Source: a virus. Taken from it: a stretch of DNA of 64,000 nt. The stretch covers positions 62 through 64,061 of the IMG/VR virus record IMGVR_UViG_2884683641_000001; one strand, written 5' to 3'. Positions 9,129 through 17,484 of the stretch are shown in pieces; the first letter of the stretch is position 1, and every line of letters begins with the position of its first letter. The translations under genes and the position numbers were made by a program. The notes below the pieces were generated by a model. That model was not told the origin of the DNA, searched no databases, and was given only the letters and a program-made list of their open reading frames with translations.

Positions 9129-11042
9129 TTATGCGGAATACTTCTGCTGGACTGCATCGATGTGGCGGCGCAGGGCGGCGCACATGCGCGGGAAGTCGGC
9201 GTCATGGAACAACTTGCCCGGCTTGTCGGTTTTCGTGTGGACGAATCCCAGCGAGGCCAGGAAGTCGGCAGTCATCGTGAAGCCCAGGCGGTCGTTGATT
9301 TCGCCCAGCTTCAGCGAAGGCGGCGCGGCGGGCGTCGGCGTCGTGTGGCCGAATAAGTCGCCATCGGCAGCGGCGGCCGGCGGCGCATCGGTGACTGGCT
9401 GGGCGTCTGCCATGTCGGCAAGGCGGGCTTGTTCGGCCAGCGACGCAGCGCGGTCGGCGGCGGCCAGTTGCTGGGCCTGAGCGATAGCAGCGGCGGCTGT
9501 GGTTGGGCGCGCGGCCTGGGCGACCTGCTGCGGGCGCTGCTCTTCGGCCTGGCGCTGCGCTGCGATCTGCGCGGCTTGCGCTTCCAGTTGGCGTTTCGTT
9601 TCGGCGGCGACGCGCGCCTGTTCGGCGGCCTGGCGCTCGGCGTCCGCTTTGCGCTCGGCGGCTAATTTCTCGGCGGCTGCAGCTTCAGCTTTGGCGCGCT
9701 CCTGCTCTTCGATCTGCTTGCGCAGCGCTTCGGCCTTCGCCGCTTCAGCGCGCTGGTGATCAGCGATGCGCGTGCGCACCACCAGTTGGAAGTCATCGTA
9801 CGCCTTCCAAGAGAGCTGTTGCAGGTCGGCGAACAGGCCAGCGTGGTCGCCGACATTGGCGTTGTACCATGCGAGTTTGGCGCGGACGTCAGCAGCCGCC
9901 TGGCTTGCGGCGATCTTGGCGTTCGCCAGCGTGGTGTTGACCGCATCGTGCAGGCTGGCCAGCGTGCGCTTGTTCTTCATTGCGCCGGCGAAGTCGGGCG
10001 CCGGCAGCGACAGGCGAATCGGCGTGATTTCGGTTTCGAGCTTCTGCACGTGGTCCTGATAGGCGTAGCGGCCTTCGTTCAGGATGGTTTCTTTGATCTG
10101 CTCTTTGCGGACTTTGACCAGCTTTTCCAGCTCCAGGCGCTTGGCGCGGAACTGCGCCTTGATGTGGTCGACCGTGCGCATCACCTCGTCGATGGTCGAG
10201 GTCTGGGCCAACGCGGCCGCCTTGGCATGCTCGAGCTTGGTCTCGGCCTCGCCGCAGAATTTGACGTTGTATTCCGCGTCGGCGAAATCCTGGTCGTCCT
10301 GCAGGTCGGTCTTGATGGTGGCCAGGAACTTCTCTGCGGCCTTCTGATACACAATTAGGTTGCTGCTGACGACCTTACCTTCGGTCTGCACGACCAGCGC
10401 GGGCAGGGCGGCAGCAGGCGCCGCTTCGGGTTTTACCGCGTGGTCTACCTGCGTGTAGTTCGCGACGTCGGCGTCGAATTGTTCCCAGCCGGCGACGATG
10501 CGCGCGAACCAGGCTGGATCCGGCTGCACCCACATCCAGACCATGTTCTCTTCAGTCCCATCGGAGACCATGAACATCCACTTCTCGGCGCCGCTGACCA
10601 TGAGCTGCTGCTGGACCTGCGGCATATGCGTGTCGGGCAACTCGCCGGCGGCGACGGCGGCCGCCAGCTCGGCGTTCCACTGCTTGTGCTCCCAGCCGAT
10701 GGTTTCATCCATGCTCAGGCCGTCGCAGGAAGCGCTTTCGGCGCCCAAGGACAGCGTGACCGGATACAGATCTTCGGCGATGATTTTTTCGGCCAGCGGG
10801 CGCGCCAGCGCCTCGACCTCGTGGCCGTAGTCCAAGATGTTCTCTTGCACCCAGTCACTGAACTCTTTGGCGAGGCCGGTGGCCTTCATGCGCACGAGTT
10901 CGGAGCGGGTTACCTTCTGCGACAGGCCCAGCATCGCGGCGGCCTCGCTGGCGCCGTGGTGGTTGAAGCGGAAGGCGTGCCATTCGTCGCTGCCCTGCAG
11001 CAGGTTGTGGATTTCGCGGGTGAGGGAGATTTCGCGCTGCAT
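9129..11042 (-). CDS. YqaJ/lambda-exonuclease family protein with long coiled-coil C-terminus
   Basis: QGSDEWHAFR, GASEAAAMLG, GHEVEALAR, ASCDGL, EHK, QVQQQL motifs. Confidence 0.9.
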   Translation of the reverse strand: MQREISLTREIHNLLQGSDEWHAFRFNHHGASEAAAMLGLSQKVTRSELVRMKATGLAKEFSDWVQENILDYGHEVEALARPLAEKIIAEDLYPVTLSLGAESASCDGLSMDETIGWEHKQWNAELAAAVAAGELPDTHMPQVQQQLMVSGAEKWMFMVSDGTEENMVWMWVQPDPAWFARIVAGWEQFDADVANYTQVDHAVKPEAAPAAALPALVVQTEGKVVSSNLIVYQKAAEKFLATIKTDLQDDQDFADAEYNVKFCGEAETKLEHAKAAALAQTSTIDEVMRTVDHIKAQFRAKRLELEKLVKVRKEQIKETILNEGRYAYQDHVQKLETEITPIRLSLPAPDFAGAMKNKRTLASLHDAVNTTLANAKIAASQAAADVRAKLAWYNANVGDHAGLFADLQQLSWKAYDDFQLVVRTRIADHQRAEAAKAEALRKQIEEQERAKAEAAAAEKLAAERKADAERQAAEQARVAAETKRQLEAQAAQIAAQRQAEEQRPQQVAQAARPTTAAAAIAQAQQLAAADRAASLAEQARLADMADAQPVTDAPPAAAADGDLFGHTTPTPAAPPSLKLGEINDRLGFTMTADFLASLGFVHTKTDKPGKLFHDADFPRMCAALRRHIDAVQQKYSA

Positions 11043-11044
11043 GA

Positions 11045-11902
11045 TTATTCCTTGTTATCGGCGGTTGTATCAGCCGGCTTTTTCGTCCAGCTGAGGATGG
11101 TTTTTTTCTGTGCTTCGGTGAAGGTGGCGCGGGTGCTGACGGTGGCCAGCATTTCCTCGGCCGTTTTCTTGCCGCTTTCGACGACCTTCCGCCATTTCGG
11201 CGATTCCACTGCGAACAGGTCGTCGCTGCACAACGGCAATCCGGAGGATGTTTGGCCTTTCACGGTGGTGGCGGCCGGTGTCTCGTTCACTGGTGTGTAT
11301 TGACCACCGTGCCCGTCGTCGTCCATCTGCTCGTTGGTGGCCAGGCCGCAGGCGGCGAGCAACGTGTAGCGCTGCAGGTAGGTGATGGTCGAAGCGATCT
11401 GTTGGATCGCGTTCTTCTTGCCCGAGGCATCCGGCGGGGCCTGCATGCGAGTGACCTCCGAGTGCCCCATGGAATGCGTGATAGTGCAGGTGACCGACAC
11501 CATGCCGCTAGGAGGCTGCTCGGTGTCCCAGCGGTGCGAGAAGCCTTGCCTCCCCAGCCCCTCGACTATGGCGCCGCACACGCTACCCAGAGTTGCATGC
11601 ATGTAGCTTGTGTTACTGCCGTCGCGGCCATCGAAGCTGACGAGCTTGTCCTTCACGATCTGCGGTGGATTGCGCTTGAACTCCGCCATTGCGGCGACAT
11701 AGGCCTTACGGGCCTGGTTCGCCTCCAGGCGCTCCTGCAGTTCGATAAAGGTGCGCAGCTCCTCCATCGATGCGCCACGCGCCGCCGCGTGGGCGACCAG
11801 TTCAAACGGCGTCGTGGGTACGACAGCCAGCGGCTGGGCGGCCGGCGCCGCGATGGCGCGCTGCTCCGCCGCCGGCTTTTCCATTTCAAGCACATCGTTC
11901 AT
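11045..11902 (-). CDS. erf: ERF family single-strand annealing protein
   Basis: AYVAAMAEFK...YMHATLGSV...HSMGHSE...QIASTITYLQRYTLLAACGLA; adjacent to the exonuclease. Confidence 0.88.
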   Translation of the reverse strand: MNDVLEMEKPAAEQRAIAAPAAQPLAVVPTTPFELVAHAAARGASMEELRTFIELQERLEANQARKAYVAAMAEFKRNPPQIVKDKLVSFDGRDGSNTSYMHATLGSVCGAIVEGLGRQGFSHRWDTEQPPSGMVSVTCTITHSMGHSEVTRMQAPPDASGKKNAIQQIASTITYLQRYTLLAACGLATNEQMDDDGHGGQYTPVNETPAATTVKGQTSSGLPLCSDDLFAVESPKWRKVVESGKKTAEEMLATVSTRATFTEAQKKTILSWTKKPADTTADNKE

Positions 11903-12039
11903 GCTTCCCATTTCATTCTCCGGTTCAGGTTATTCACTTCGATATTCAGCAACGCCAGGCGCAGCGCATGGGCTGGGCGGTGGCCGGCGCGCAGGTTGCG
12001 CAGCGTGGCGCTGGCGAGATAGGCGAGGGCGGCTTTCAC
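11899..12039 (-). CDS. Small hypothetical protein (46 aa)
   Basis: Manual ORF; GTGA/ATGA coupling at both ends. Confidence 0.45.
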   Translation of the reverse strand: MKAALAYLASATLRNLRAGHRPAHALRLALLNIEVNNLNRRMKWEA

Positions 12040-12170
12040 TTATTCGCCTTGCCGACGAGGACCGCGCGGTCGCGCACCGCCGATTCTTCGTCGGCCTGCT
12101 GCATGAAGGCGTAGGCGCTGCCGATCAGCATGCCCAGGGCCGCCATGGCCAGCCATTCACGCAGCTTCAC
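12036..12170 (-). CDS. Small single-TM protein (44 aa)
   Basis: Manual ORF: MKLREWLAMAALGMLIGSAYAFMQQADEE... Confidence 0.5.
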   Translation of the reverse strand: MKLREWLAMAALGMLIGSAYAFMQQADEESAVRDRAVLVGKANK

Positions 12171-12378
12171 GGCGATCCTTTCGGCGGGCGCGCCGCTGCA
12201 TGATGCGATCGCGCTTCCACTGGATCAGGATGCGCAATTCTTGCTGGCGCGCGTCCGGGCTGTAGCCCAAGCCTTCCAGGGCGATTTCGACAACGCGCAG
12301 TTCGCGGCCATTCAACTTGGCGCCGGCACAGCGCGCCACGGTGATGATGTGTTCCAGCGCGGCGATGGCGGCGCTCAT
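12157..12378 (-). CDS. Hypothetical protein
   Basis: Coupled ORF, 73 aa. Confidence 0.65.
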   Translation of the reverse strand: MSAAIAALEHIITVARCAGAKLNGRELRVVEIALEGLGYSPDARQQELRILIQWKRDRIMQRRARRKDRREAA

Positions 12379-12731
12379 TGACGCACCCGGATCGAGAAGC
12401 CCATGGCGCCGGCGTCGCGGGCAGCATCTTCCAGCGCACGCGGATCGCCGATGGCGGTGTAGGTGCGCGCGCGGTCGTGAGCGTCCCGCACGGTGATCAC
12501 GTAGCTCAGGCCGAACTCGCGCGCAGCCAGCTGCGGCGCCACGCTATTGCGGCCGCCGCCGGCGATCTGGTAGCGGCTGACGTGGCTGCCGGCCGGCGCC
12601 GCTTTCGGCGCATCCAGGTTGCCGCTAGTCAGCGCGCTTTCAAAGCCCGAGTCCTGGTAGGCGAAGGCGAGCAGGGCAGATACTGCGAGGCGCGAGGCTT
12701 TGCCTGCGGTGATGTGCGTGACGGTGCTCAT
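12375..12731 (-). CDS. Hypothetical protein (start re-called at MSTVTH)
   Basis: ATGA overlap at 12728-12731. Confidence 0.65.
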   Translation of the reverse strand: MSTVTHITAGKASRLAVSALLAFAYQDSGFESALTSGNLDAPKAAPAGSHVSRYQIAGGGRNSVAPQLAAREFGLSYVITVRDAHDRARTYTAIGDPRALEDAARDAGAMGFSIRVRQ

Positions 12732-12916
12732 ACAGCACCTGCCGATGTGCCATTCAACTCGGACCTGCGGCGTTTGAATTCCTCCGCATAGCCTTCCTCG
12801 AAAGCTTGGTGCAGCACGGCGTGCCTTTTGAGATCGTACGGGTTTCGAAACGACATCAGCCGGCACGCGACCTTCCCGGTGTTCTTCGCTGCTTGCATCT
12901 CCTGCTGCTTTAACAT
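12728..12916 (-). CDS. Small protein, weak Rmf/CrpP-like pattern
   Basis: GGGAGA SD; RNPY...AFEEGY motif. Confidence 0.5.
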   Translation of the reverse strand: MLKQQEMQAAKNTGKVACRLMSFRNPYDLKRHAVLHQAFEEGYAEEFKRRRSELNGTSAGAV

Positions 12917-12946
12917 CGCGTTCTCCCTGTTGACTTCGTTGTTCGT

Positions 12947-13030
12947 TGGTGCCCCGCTGGGAGTCGAACCCGGCCGCTAAGCCATCCTCCGAGTTAGTTT
13001 CCTCGGCGCTCTCCACTGAGCTAACGGGGT
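12947..13030 (-). pseudogene. Degenerate tRNA-like element A
   Basis: TAGCTCAGTGGAGAGC D arm, CCGAG/CTCGG arm with 8-nt loop GAAACTAA, GGTTCGACTCC T loop, CGGGGC-A-CCA end; mismatches in acceptor and T stems. Confidence 0.7.
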
Positions 13031-13161
13031 ACTGCGAGGCTTTGACCAAGTCCTCCTTGGGCCTGTGCGCACTCAGGCTGGCGTTTGGCGGCAACGGCCT
13101 GTCATGTCCGCTGCATTTATGCGACTTCTCAGATCGGCAAATGCCTAAGCTCCATCGCTCA

Positions 13162-13256
13162 CCACATCGAAGCCGGCTGGATTCGAACCAGCGTCTCCCG
13201 GAACCGTCGCGCGCGGAATAGGTGCCCTTGGCCGCTAGACGACAGCTTCGATGTGG
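13162..13256 (-). ncRNA. tRNA-like element B with a 14-bp extended acceptor helix and no CCA
   Basis: CCACATCGAAGCTG/CGGCTTCGATGTGG helix, GTCTAGCGGCCAAGGGC D arm, perfect GCTGG-TTCGAAT-CCAGC T arm, 26-nt aberrant anticodon region. Confidence 0.7.
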
Positions 13257-13288
13257 TTCCCGCGCTTAACCGGCGCGGGACGGTCCTT

Positions 13289-13441
13289 CTACTGCTTCGG
13301 CTCATCGAGCCAGTTGGCCTCCACCCAATCGCGCGCCGATTCCTCATCCAGTCGCTGAGCCTTGCCGCAGTGCGCGCACTGCCGCGTGGTGTTGCTGGTG
13401 TACGTCCATTTGTGAAGCCCGACGATGCATCGCAGTTTCAT
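13289..13441 (-). CDS. Small Cys/His prophage protein (DUF1660-like, 50 aa)
   Basis: Manual translation MKLRCIVGLHKW...RQCAHCGK. Confidence 0.6.
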   Translation of the reverse strand: MKLRCIVGLHKWTYTSNTTRQCAHCGKAQRLDEESARDWVEANWLDEPKQ

Positions 13442-13530
13442 GGGTGACTCCGGCAGGTTGTTTGAGCAGGTCCCCGCGCGAGCCCGGCGCGGGGCGGGTT
13501 GGTGCTAGTGGCGGCTTGGCCGCCGGCCTT

Positions 13531-13716
13531 TCACGCTGCGGTCACCTGCGATGGTCGGAAGGATTTGACGCCGCCACCCGCTTCGCCCAGGTCCACGTCG
13601 TAGAAGACGCCTTTGCCGGCCGGGCGCTCGGCTACGAACTTGCCGTCGGAGACCTTGCCAGTCTTCGCACTGCGTGCCTTCACCGGCGCGTTTTTCTTGA
13701 ATGGTGCTGCTGCCAT
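13531..13716 (-). CDS. Small basic protein (61 aa, possible beta-barrel)
   Basis: Purine-rich leader (GAAAGGCAAAAAC ATG); MAAAPFKKNAPVK... Confidence 0.6.
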   Translation of the reverse strand: MAAAPFKKNAPVKARSAKTGKVSDGKFVAERPAGKGVFYDVDLGEAGGGVKSFRPSQVTAA

Positions 13717-13869
13717 GTTTTTGCCTTTCGTTGGTTGGTGCCGCGCTGGCCCGGGATGGGTCGACCGCGCGGCGTGGTCGGGGCATACTGATCCCACAGG
13801 GCGCAGTTCTATCGCCTGGCCAGGGCTATCGCTGCGTTGTACTTCGGGGCAGCGCGCTCCGAATTCGGA

Positions 13870-14238
13870 TCAGGGTGGCTCTGCGACGCGGCGCATCCAC
13901 AGTGCGCGCTCGGCGCGGTCTTCGTGCTGCGAGGCCAGCAGCAGTTCGTCAGTGCTCGGCAGACGCCGGTTGCACCAGGCGCTCAGCTGGAACAGCACGG
14001 TTGGCGCCAGCCACGCGCCCAGGTCGACCTTCAGCTGCTGGTGCTGCGATGGCCAGAGCGCGACGTGCTCCACCAGGTAGCCGGACTCATCCAGCGAACC
14101 GTACAGGTCAACCAGCAGGCCGTCGTGCTCGAACTGCGCGGCCAGCAGGCGCGCGGTCGGAGGTACGGTGGGCTGAACGCGCGGCGCCGGCGCGTTGGAG
14201 CGCAGCTGGAGCACGGCGGCGGAGATTGGAGCGTTCAC
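13870..14238 (-). CDS. Hypothetical protein (GTG start, MNAPIS)
   Basis: GTGA overlap with the upstream ORF. Confidence 0.6.
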   Translation of the reverse strand: MNAPISAAVLQLRSNAPAPRVQPTVPPTARLLAAQFEHDGLLVDLYGSLDESGYLVEHVALWPSQHQQLKVDLGAWLAPTVLFQLSAWCNRRLPSTDELLLASQHEDRAERALWMRRVAEPP

Positions 14239-14456
14239 GCTGCGACCTCGAAAATCCAGCCGGACGCCAATGCCGCGGCGCGGCTGCGCTCCATGCGCTG
14301 CTGCGCGGCCAGGTCGCTCTCGGTGTAGTACAGGCGACGGCGCGTCAGCTTGCGACCGAACTCGTTGCAAATTTCCAGGCGGCGCGGGCAGCCGATGCTG
14401 GCGACCAGGCCGGCGCATTGCAGGTCGGTGGTGTTCTTGCGGAGGACTTTGCGCAT
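14235..14456 (-). CDS. Hypothetical protein
   Basis: 73 aa, GGAGG SD. Confidence 0.65.
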   Translation of the reverse strand: MRKVLRKNTTDLQCAGLVASIGCPRRLEICNEFGRKLTRRRLYYTESDLAAQQRMERSRAAALASGWIFEVAA

Positions 14457-14468
14457 GGCGGCCTCCGC

Positions 14469-14576
14469 TTAACCCAGCGTCGCCGGCGCGGCGGGCTGGC
14501 TGAAGTCGAAGGCGGGAACTGCGTCGCCAGCAGCAGCGGCTGCGTCGATCAGGGCTTTCAGTTCGGCTTGAGACAT
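14469..14576 (-). CDS. First pL ORF, 35-aa peptide
   Basis: GGAGA SD; MSQAELKALIDAAAAAGDAVPAFDFSQPAAPATLG. Confidence 0.55.
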   Translation of the reverse strand: MSQAELKALIDAAAAAGDAVPAFDFSQPAAPATLG

Positions 14577-14612
14577 TTCGTTCTCCATCGTGATTGGTGC
14601 GTCGATGAAGTG

Positions 14613-14641
14613 ATAATACACAAACTGTGTAGTTATATCAA
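14613..14641 (-). promoter_or_regulatory. pL promoter
   Basis: TTGATA-17 bp-TATTAT on the minus strand, overlapping the operators. Confidence 0.8.
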
Positions 14642-14673
14642 ACGATTTGTGTAATTAATTTTCGAAATGTGTA
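14617..14673. promoter_or_regulatory. OL operator array (3 sites)
   Basis: TACACA-aac-TGTGTA palindrome at 14617-14631; partial sites at 14639-14653 and 14659-14673 match the OR sites. Confidence 0.85.
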
Positions 14674-14884
14674 AGGGCGGTGTTGCGCCCAAATCTCCAT
14701 GCCGAAAAAAGCCGCTTGGCGGGGTGCTTTGGGGGCGGGGGGGGGCAACGTGCTGCGCCGACTGTGGTCCTGAACGGCCTGACTCATGTACAGCGCCGAT
14801 CCTGCAAACAAATCAATTGCCAAAAATAGTTCTAAATAAGATAATTAACTAGATGCAATAACTACAACGTTGAAAGGGATCGGG

Positions 14885-15556
14885 ATGAGAATGTTCAAGC
14901 TGGTTGTGGCAGCAATGTTGGTCGCCGGTGCATGCTCGGCTAGGGCTGAAGTGATTACCTACGATTTTTCCGCATCGGTTGCGCAGATATCTAATCGCGA
15001 GGGCGATGAATCGTTTGACGAAACTGTGATCAAGGGGATGAGCGTTGGGATTGGCAATACGGTGCACGGCCGATTTAGCTACGACACATCTGCACCTGTC
15101 TGGGGTGGAGAAGGCGACTACTGGAAAGTCTATCTCAACGTTGGCGCACTGTCGGCTAAGTTCGACAATGGTCCAACTATTGGAGATCGTCCTGAGCCCT
15201 ACACGACGCTTTTAGATACGTCTAACAACTACCCGGTAGGACCCGGGCACTGGTTGGACAGCTTTACCTTTTCATCCTATACGTCGTCTCCGGGAGAATA
15301 CCTGTATGTCCAGCTTGTCGATCTCACCGGCAAGACTTTTAGTAATTCGGCAATTCCCGAACAGCTGACTTTGGATGAGTTTTTCCAAAGGAATTTCTAC
15401 TACTATATGAACGTCGGTGCAGACGAGGTCCACGTTCGCGCCGAAATCACATCTCTAGAACGAGTCGCGGCAGTTCCTGAGCCTGAGACCTACGGCATGC
15501 TGCTAGGCGGCCTGAGCGTCCTGGCTGCGGTAGCGCGCCGGCGCCGCCAAGTCTGA
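14885..15556 (+). CDS. PEP-CTERM sorting-domain exoprotein
   Basis: Signal peptide (ARA-EV); C-terminus VPEPETYGMLLGGLSVLAAVARRRR. Confidence 0.92.
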   Translation: MRMFKLVVAAMLVAGACSARAEVITYDFSASVAQISNREGDESFDETVIKGMSVGIGNTVHGRFSYDTSAPVWGGEGDYWKVYLNVGALSAKFDNGPTIGDRPEPYTTLLDTSNNYPVGPGHWLDSFTFSSYTSSPGEYLYVQLVDLTGKTFSNSAIPEQLTLDEFFQRNFYYYMNVGADEVHVRAEITSLERVAAVPEPETYGMLLGGLSVLAAVARRRRQV

Positions 15557-15574
15557 GCTGGCCAGCGTAGAGAC

Positions 15575-15595
15575 GCCGCCTTCGGGCGGCTTTTT
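15575..15595 (+). terminator. Intrinsic terminator
   Basis: GCCGCC-TTCG-GGCGGC-TTTTT. Confidence 0.85.
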
Positions 15596-15632
15596 ATTGG
15601 CCGGCGCAGGTACCGAATCGGTCGCCAAAACA

Positions 15633-15661
15633 CTGGCGATTCATACAGGTCGTGCTAAGCT
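15633..15661 (+). promoter_or_regulatory. LexA (SOS) box plus extended -10 promoter
   Basis: CTG-N10-CAG (reverse complement CTGTATGAATCGCCAG) at 15633-15648; TG-C-TAAGCT at 15653-15661. Confidence 0.65.
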
Positions 15662-15711
15662 TATGTCTTCAGGCGAACACATCCCCAAACCCAGCGCGGA
15701 GAGATAATTCG

Positions 15712-16347
15712 ATGAGCGGTCCCATACGAGATTTTGAGCCGGCCATGAGCAGCATGGAGATGGTCGAATTTATCAACGCGGACAGGAAGGCAAGGGCGAC
15801 GGCGGAGAAGCCGTACGTCGAGTTGCGGCACGAGAGTCTGATGACCAAGGCTCGAAAAGTGCTGGGGGAGGGTGTCCAAAAATTTTTGGGCACCTACCAG
15901 CATCCTCAGAATGGCCAAACCTACGACTGCTGCTATTTCCCTAAACGGGAAGCTTGTCTGATGGCGATGAGCTACAGCTACGAGCTGCAGGCGCGTGTGT
16001 GGGATAGGATGGTAGAGTTGGAGGCCGAGCTGGCGCTGCAGCAGTTGAGCACCTACCGTGACCGGTTGCCGCTGCACCAGGCCGCGCTGGAGATGGTCGG
16101 CCGCCACGGAATTCTCTTTTCGACCGCACACACCGCGAACAACGCGCTGGCCGGCTCGAAGCACTACAACGAGATGACCAAGAGTCAGGTGGTGAAGGCG
16201 CTACCGGCGGCGCAGAGGCTGGCCAGCGGTACGGCGACGCCGGAGGATTTCGCACTGCTCGAGGATCGGACGCGCGAGCGGTTCGGTGAGCCCGCGCAGC
16301 TGGAGATGGCGTTTGATCGGACATCGCTCATCACGAAGAGAAGCTGA
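15712..16347 (+). CDS. Rha-family/antirepressor-like regulator
   Basis: MSSMEMVEFIN...LRHESLM...YQHPQNGQTYDCCYFPKREACLMAMSYSYELQARVWDRMVELE; GGAGA SD. Confidence 0.75.
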   Translation: MSGPIRDFEPAMSSMEMVEFINADRKARATAEKPYVELRHESLMTKARKVLGEGVQKFLGTYQHPQNGQTYDCCYFPKREACLMAMSYSYELQARVWDRMVELEAELALQQLSTYRDRLPLHQAALEMVGRHGILFSTAHTANNALAGSKHYNEMTKSQVVKALPAAQRLASGTATPEDFALLEDRTRERFGEPAQLEMAFDRTSLITKRS

Positions 16348-16397
16348 CTCTGCGAGCGCGATAGAATTAAAAGCCTCGACCGCGGAGCTCGTAATCT

Positions 16398-16691
16398 TCA
16401 TGGGCACCGGTCGATGATTTTATGGGTTGCAACCCTCCGAAGGGTTGCGGTTTCACCCTCGATTTCAAGTGAAATTTTGTAGCTGTGATTGGATAGCACG
16501 TCGACAGTGTACACTTTCGGATTTTTAAATCCAGTCAGTGGGTGTAAGCGCCGGGTTGCCGGTATTGGATCTTTTAGTAGATCACGAACAACCTCTTTCG
16601 CTGCGAGTTGGATATCAATGGGAAGGCTTTTCATATCCTTTGCGAATCTGGGCTTGTACTGCAGCTCAGTAACACGCAGGCGGGTACGCAA
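16398..16691 (-). CDS. RelE/YafQ-superfamily toxin-like protein
   Basis: 97 aa, basic; YKPRFAKDMKSL...LHPLTG...YTVDV...YKISLEI...LRRVATH. Confidence 0.7.
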   Translation of the reverse strand: MRTRLRVTELQYKPRFAKDMKSLPIDIQLAAKEVVRDLLKDPIPATRRLHPLTGFKNPKVYTVDVLSNHSYKISLEIEGETATLRRVATHKIIDRCP

Positions 16692-17180
16692 TTACACACC
16701 CATCGACGCAAACATATCATCAGCATCTTCGAACGATAACGGAACAGTCTCTTCCGCGTCCACAATTTGCTCACCGATAATCCATGCAAGATTGCTCAAG
16801 CTGTTGTGGTAGGCCGCAGCTTGCTCTACCAAAGCGTCGTATGCCTCCACAATGCCATCGTCTTCGGTCAAGCGCTTATCGTCAACCGCACTCTGACGCA
16901 TAGCGACGACGGTATCATAGTATTTTTCGCTCACTGGGAGAGCGCTGACAAACGCGGCCTCAACCTCAACCAACTTGTCTGTGTTTGGAAATTTTGCTTT
17001 CTGCACTGGGTCAATAAGGCTGTCTACCATAAGTGACATGGACTGAAATTTAACAGTCTGATCAGCAACAGCCTTAAGGGTTTGGTCAATTTTACCTAAC
17101 AGCTCAAGGTCGCGAGCCTGCGGCATTTCGCGGAGTGTGCGCCCCACGGCGCCAAGTATTTGCAATTCAACTGCTGACAT
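16692..17180 (-). CDS. Putative antitoxin or partner (162 aa, acidic, helical)
   Basis: Directly abuts the toxin gene; C-terminus SFEDADDMFASM. Confidence 0.6.
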   Translation of the reverse strand: MSAVELQILGAVGRTLREMPQARDLELLGKIDQTLKAVADQTVKFQSMSLMVDSLIDPVQKAKFPNTDKLVEVEAAFVSALPVSEKYYDTVVAMRQSAVDDKRLTEDDGIVEAYDALVEQAAAYHNSLSNLAWIIGEQIVDAEETVPLSFEDADDMFASMGV

Positions 17181-17484
17181 GATGTCCTCCCTCGGGGAGT
17201 CCCGTCTATACGAAATCGGCTATCGATTTCGGTTCCTATAAAAGTCCTTCAGGCATTCAGATGGCGCTACAACCTATTTTTGTCAATAGGCGTTCTGATT
17301 GGAGAATCATACCAGTTAAAATTTTTTTGCGCCAAATTACTGACATTAAAAATTAGAGCAATGTCAAGTATCGAGCCGAAAACTTAGCATCGATATTTTG
17401 ACCACCAAAGTTCTCCCAAATGTGAGGATCGATCCCGTGCCCGTTATTTTGAACACGTATTTCTGGCTAAGCGGCGACACGGGG

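Noticed and set aside
13440-13530. Possible further tRNA-like element
   Set aside because: Only GC hairpins and GCACCAA; no T loop or D arm.
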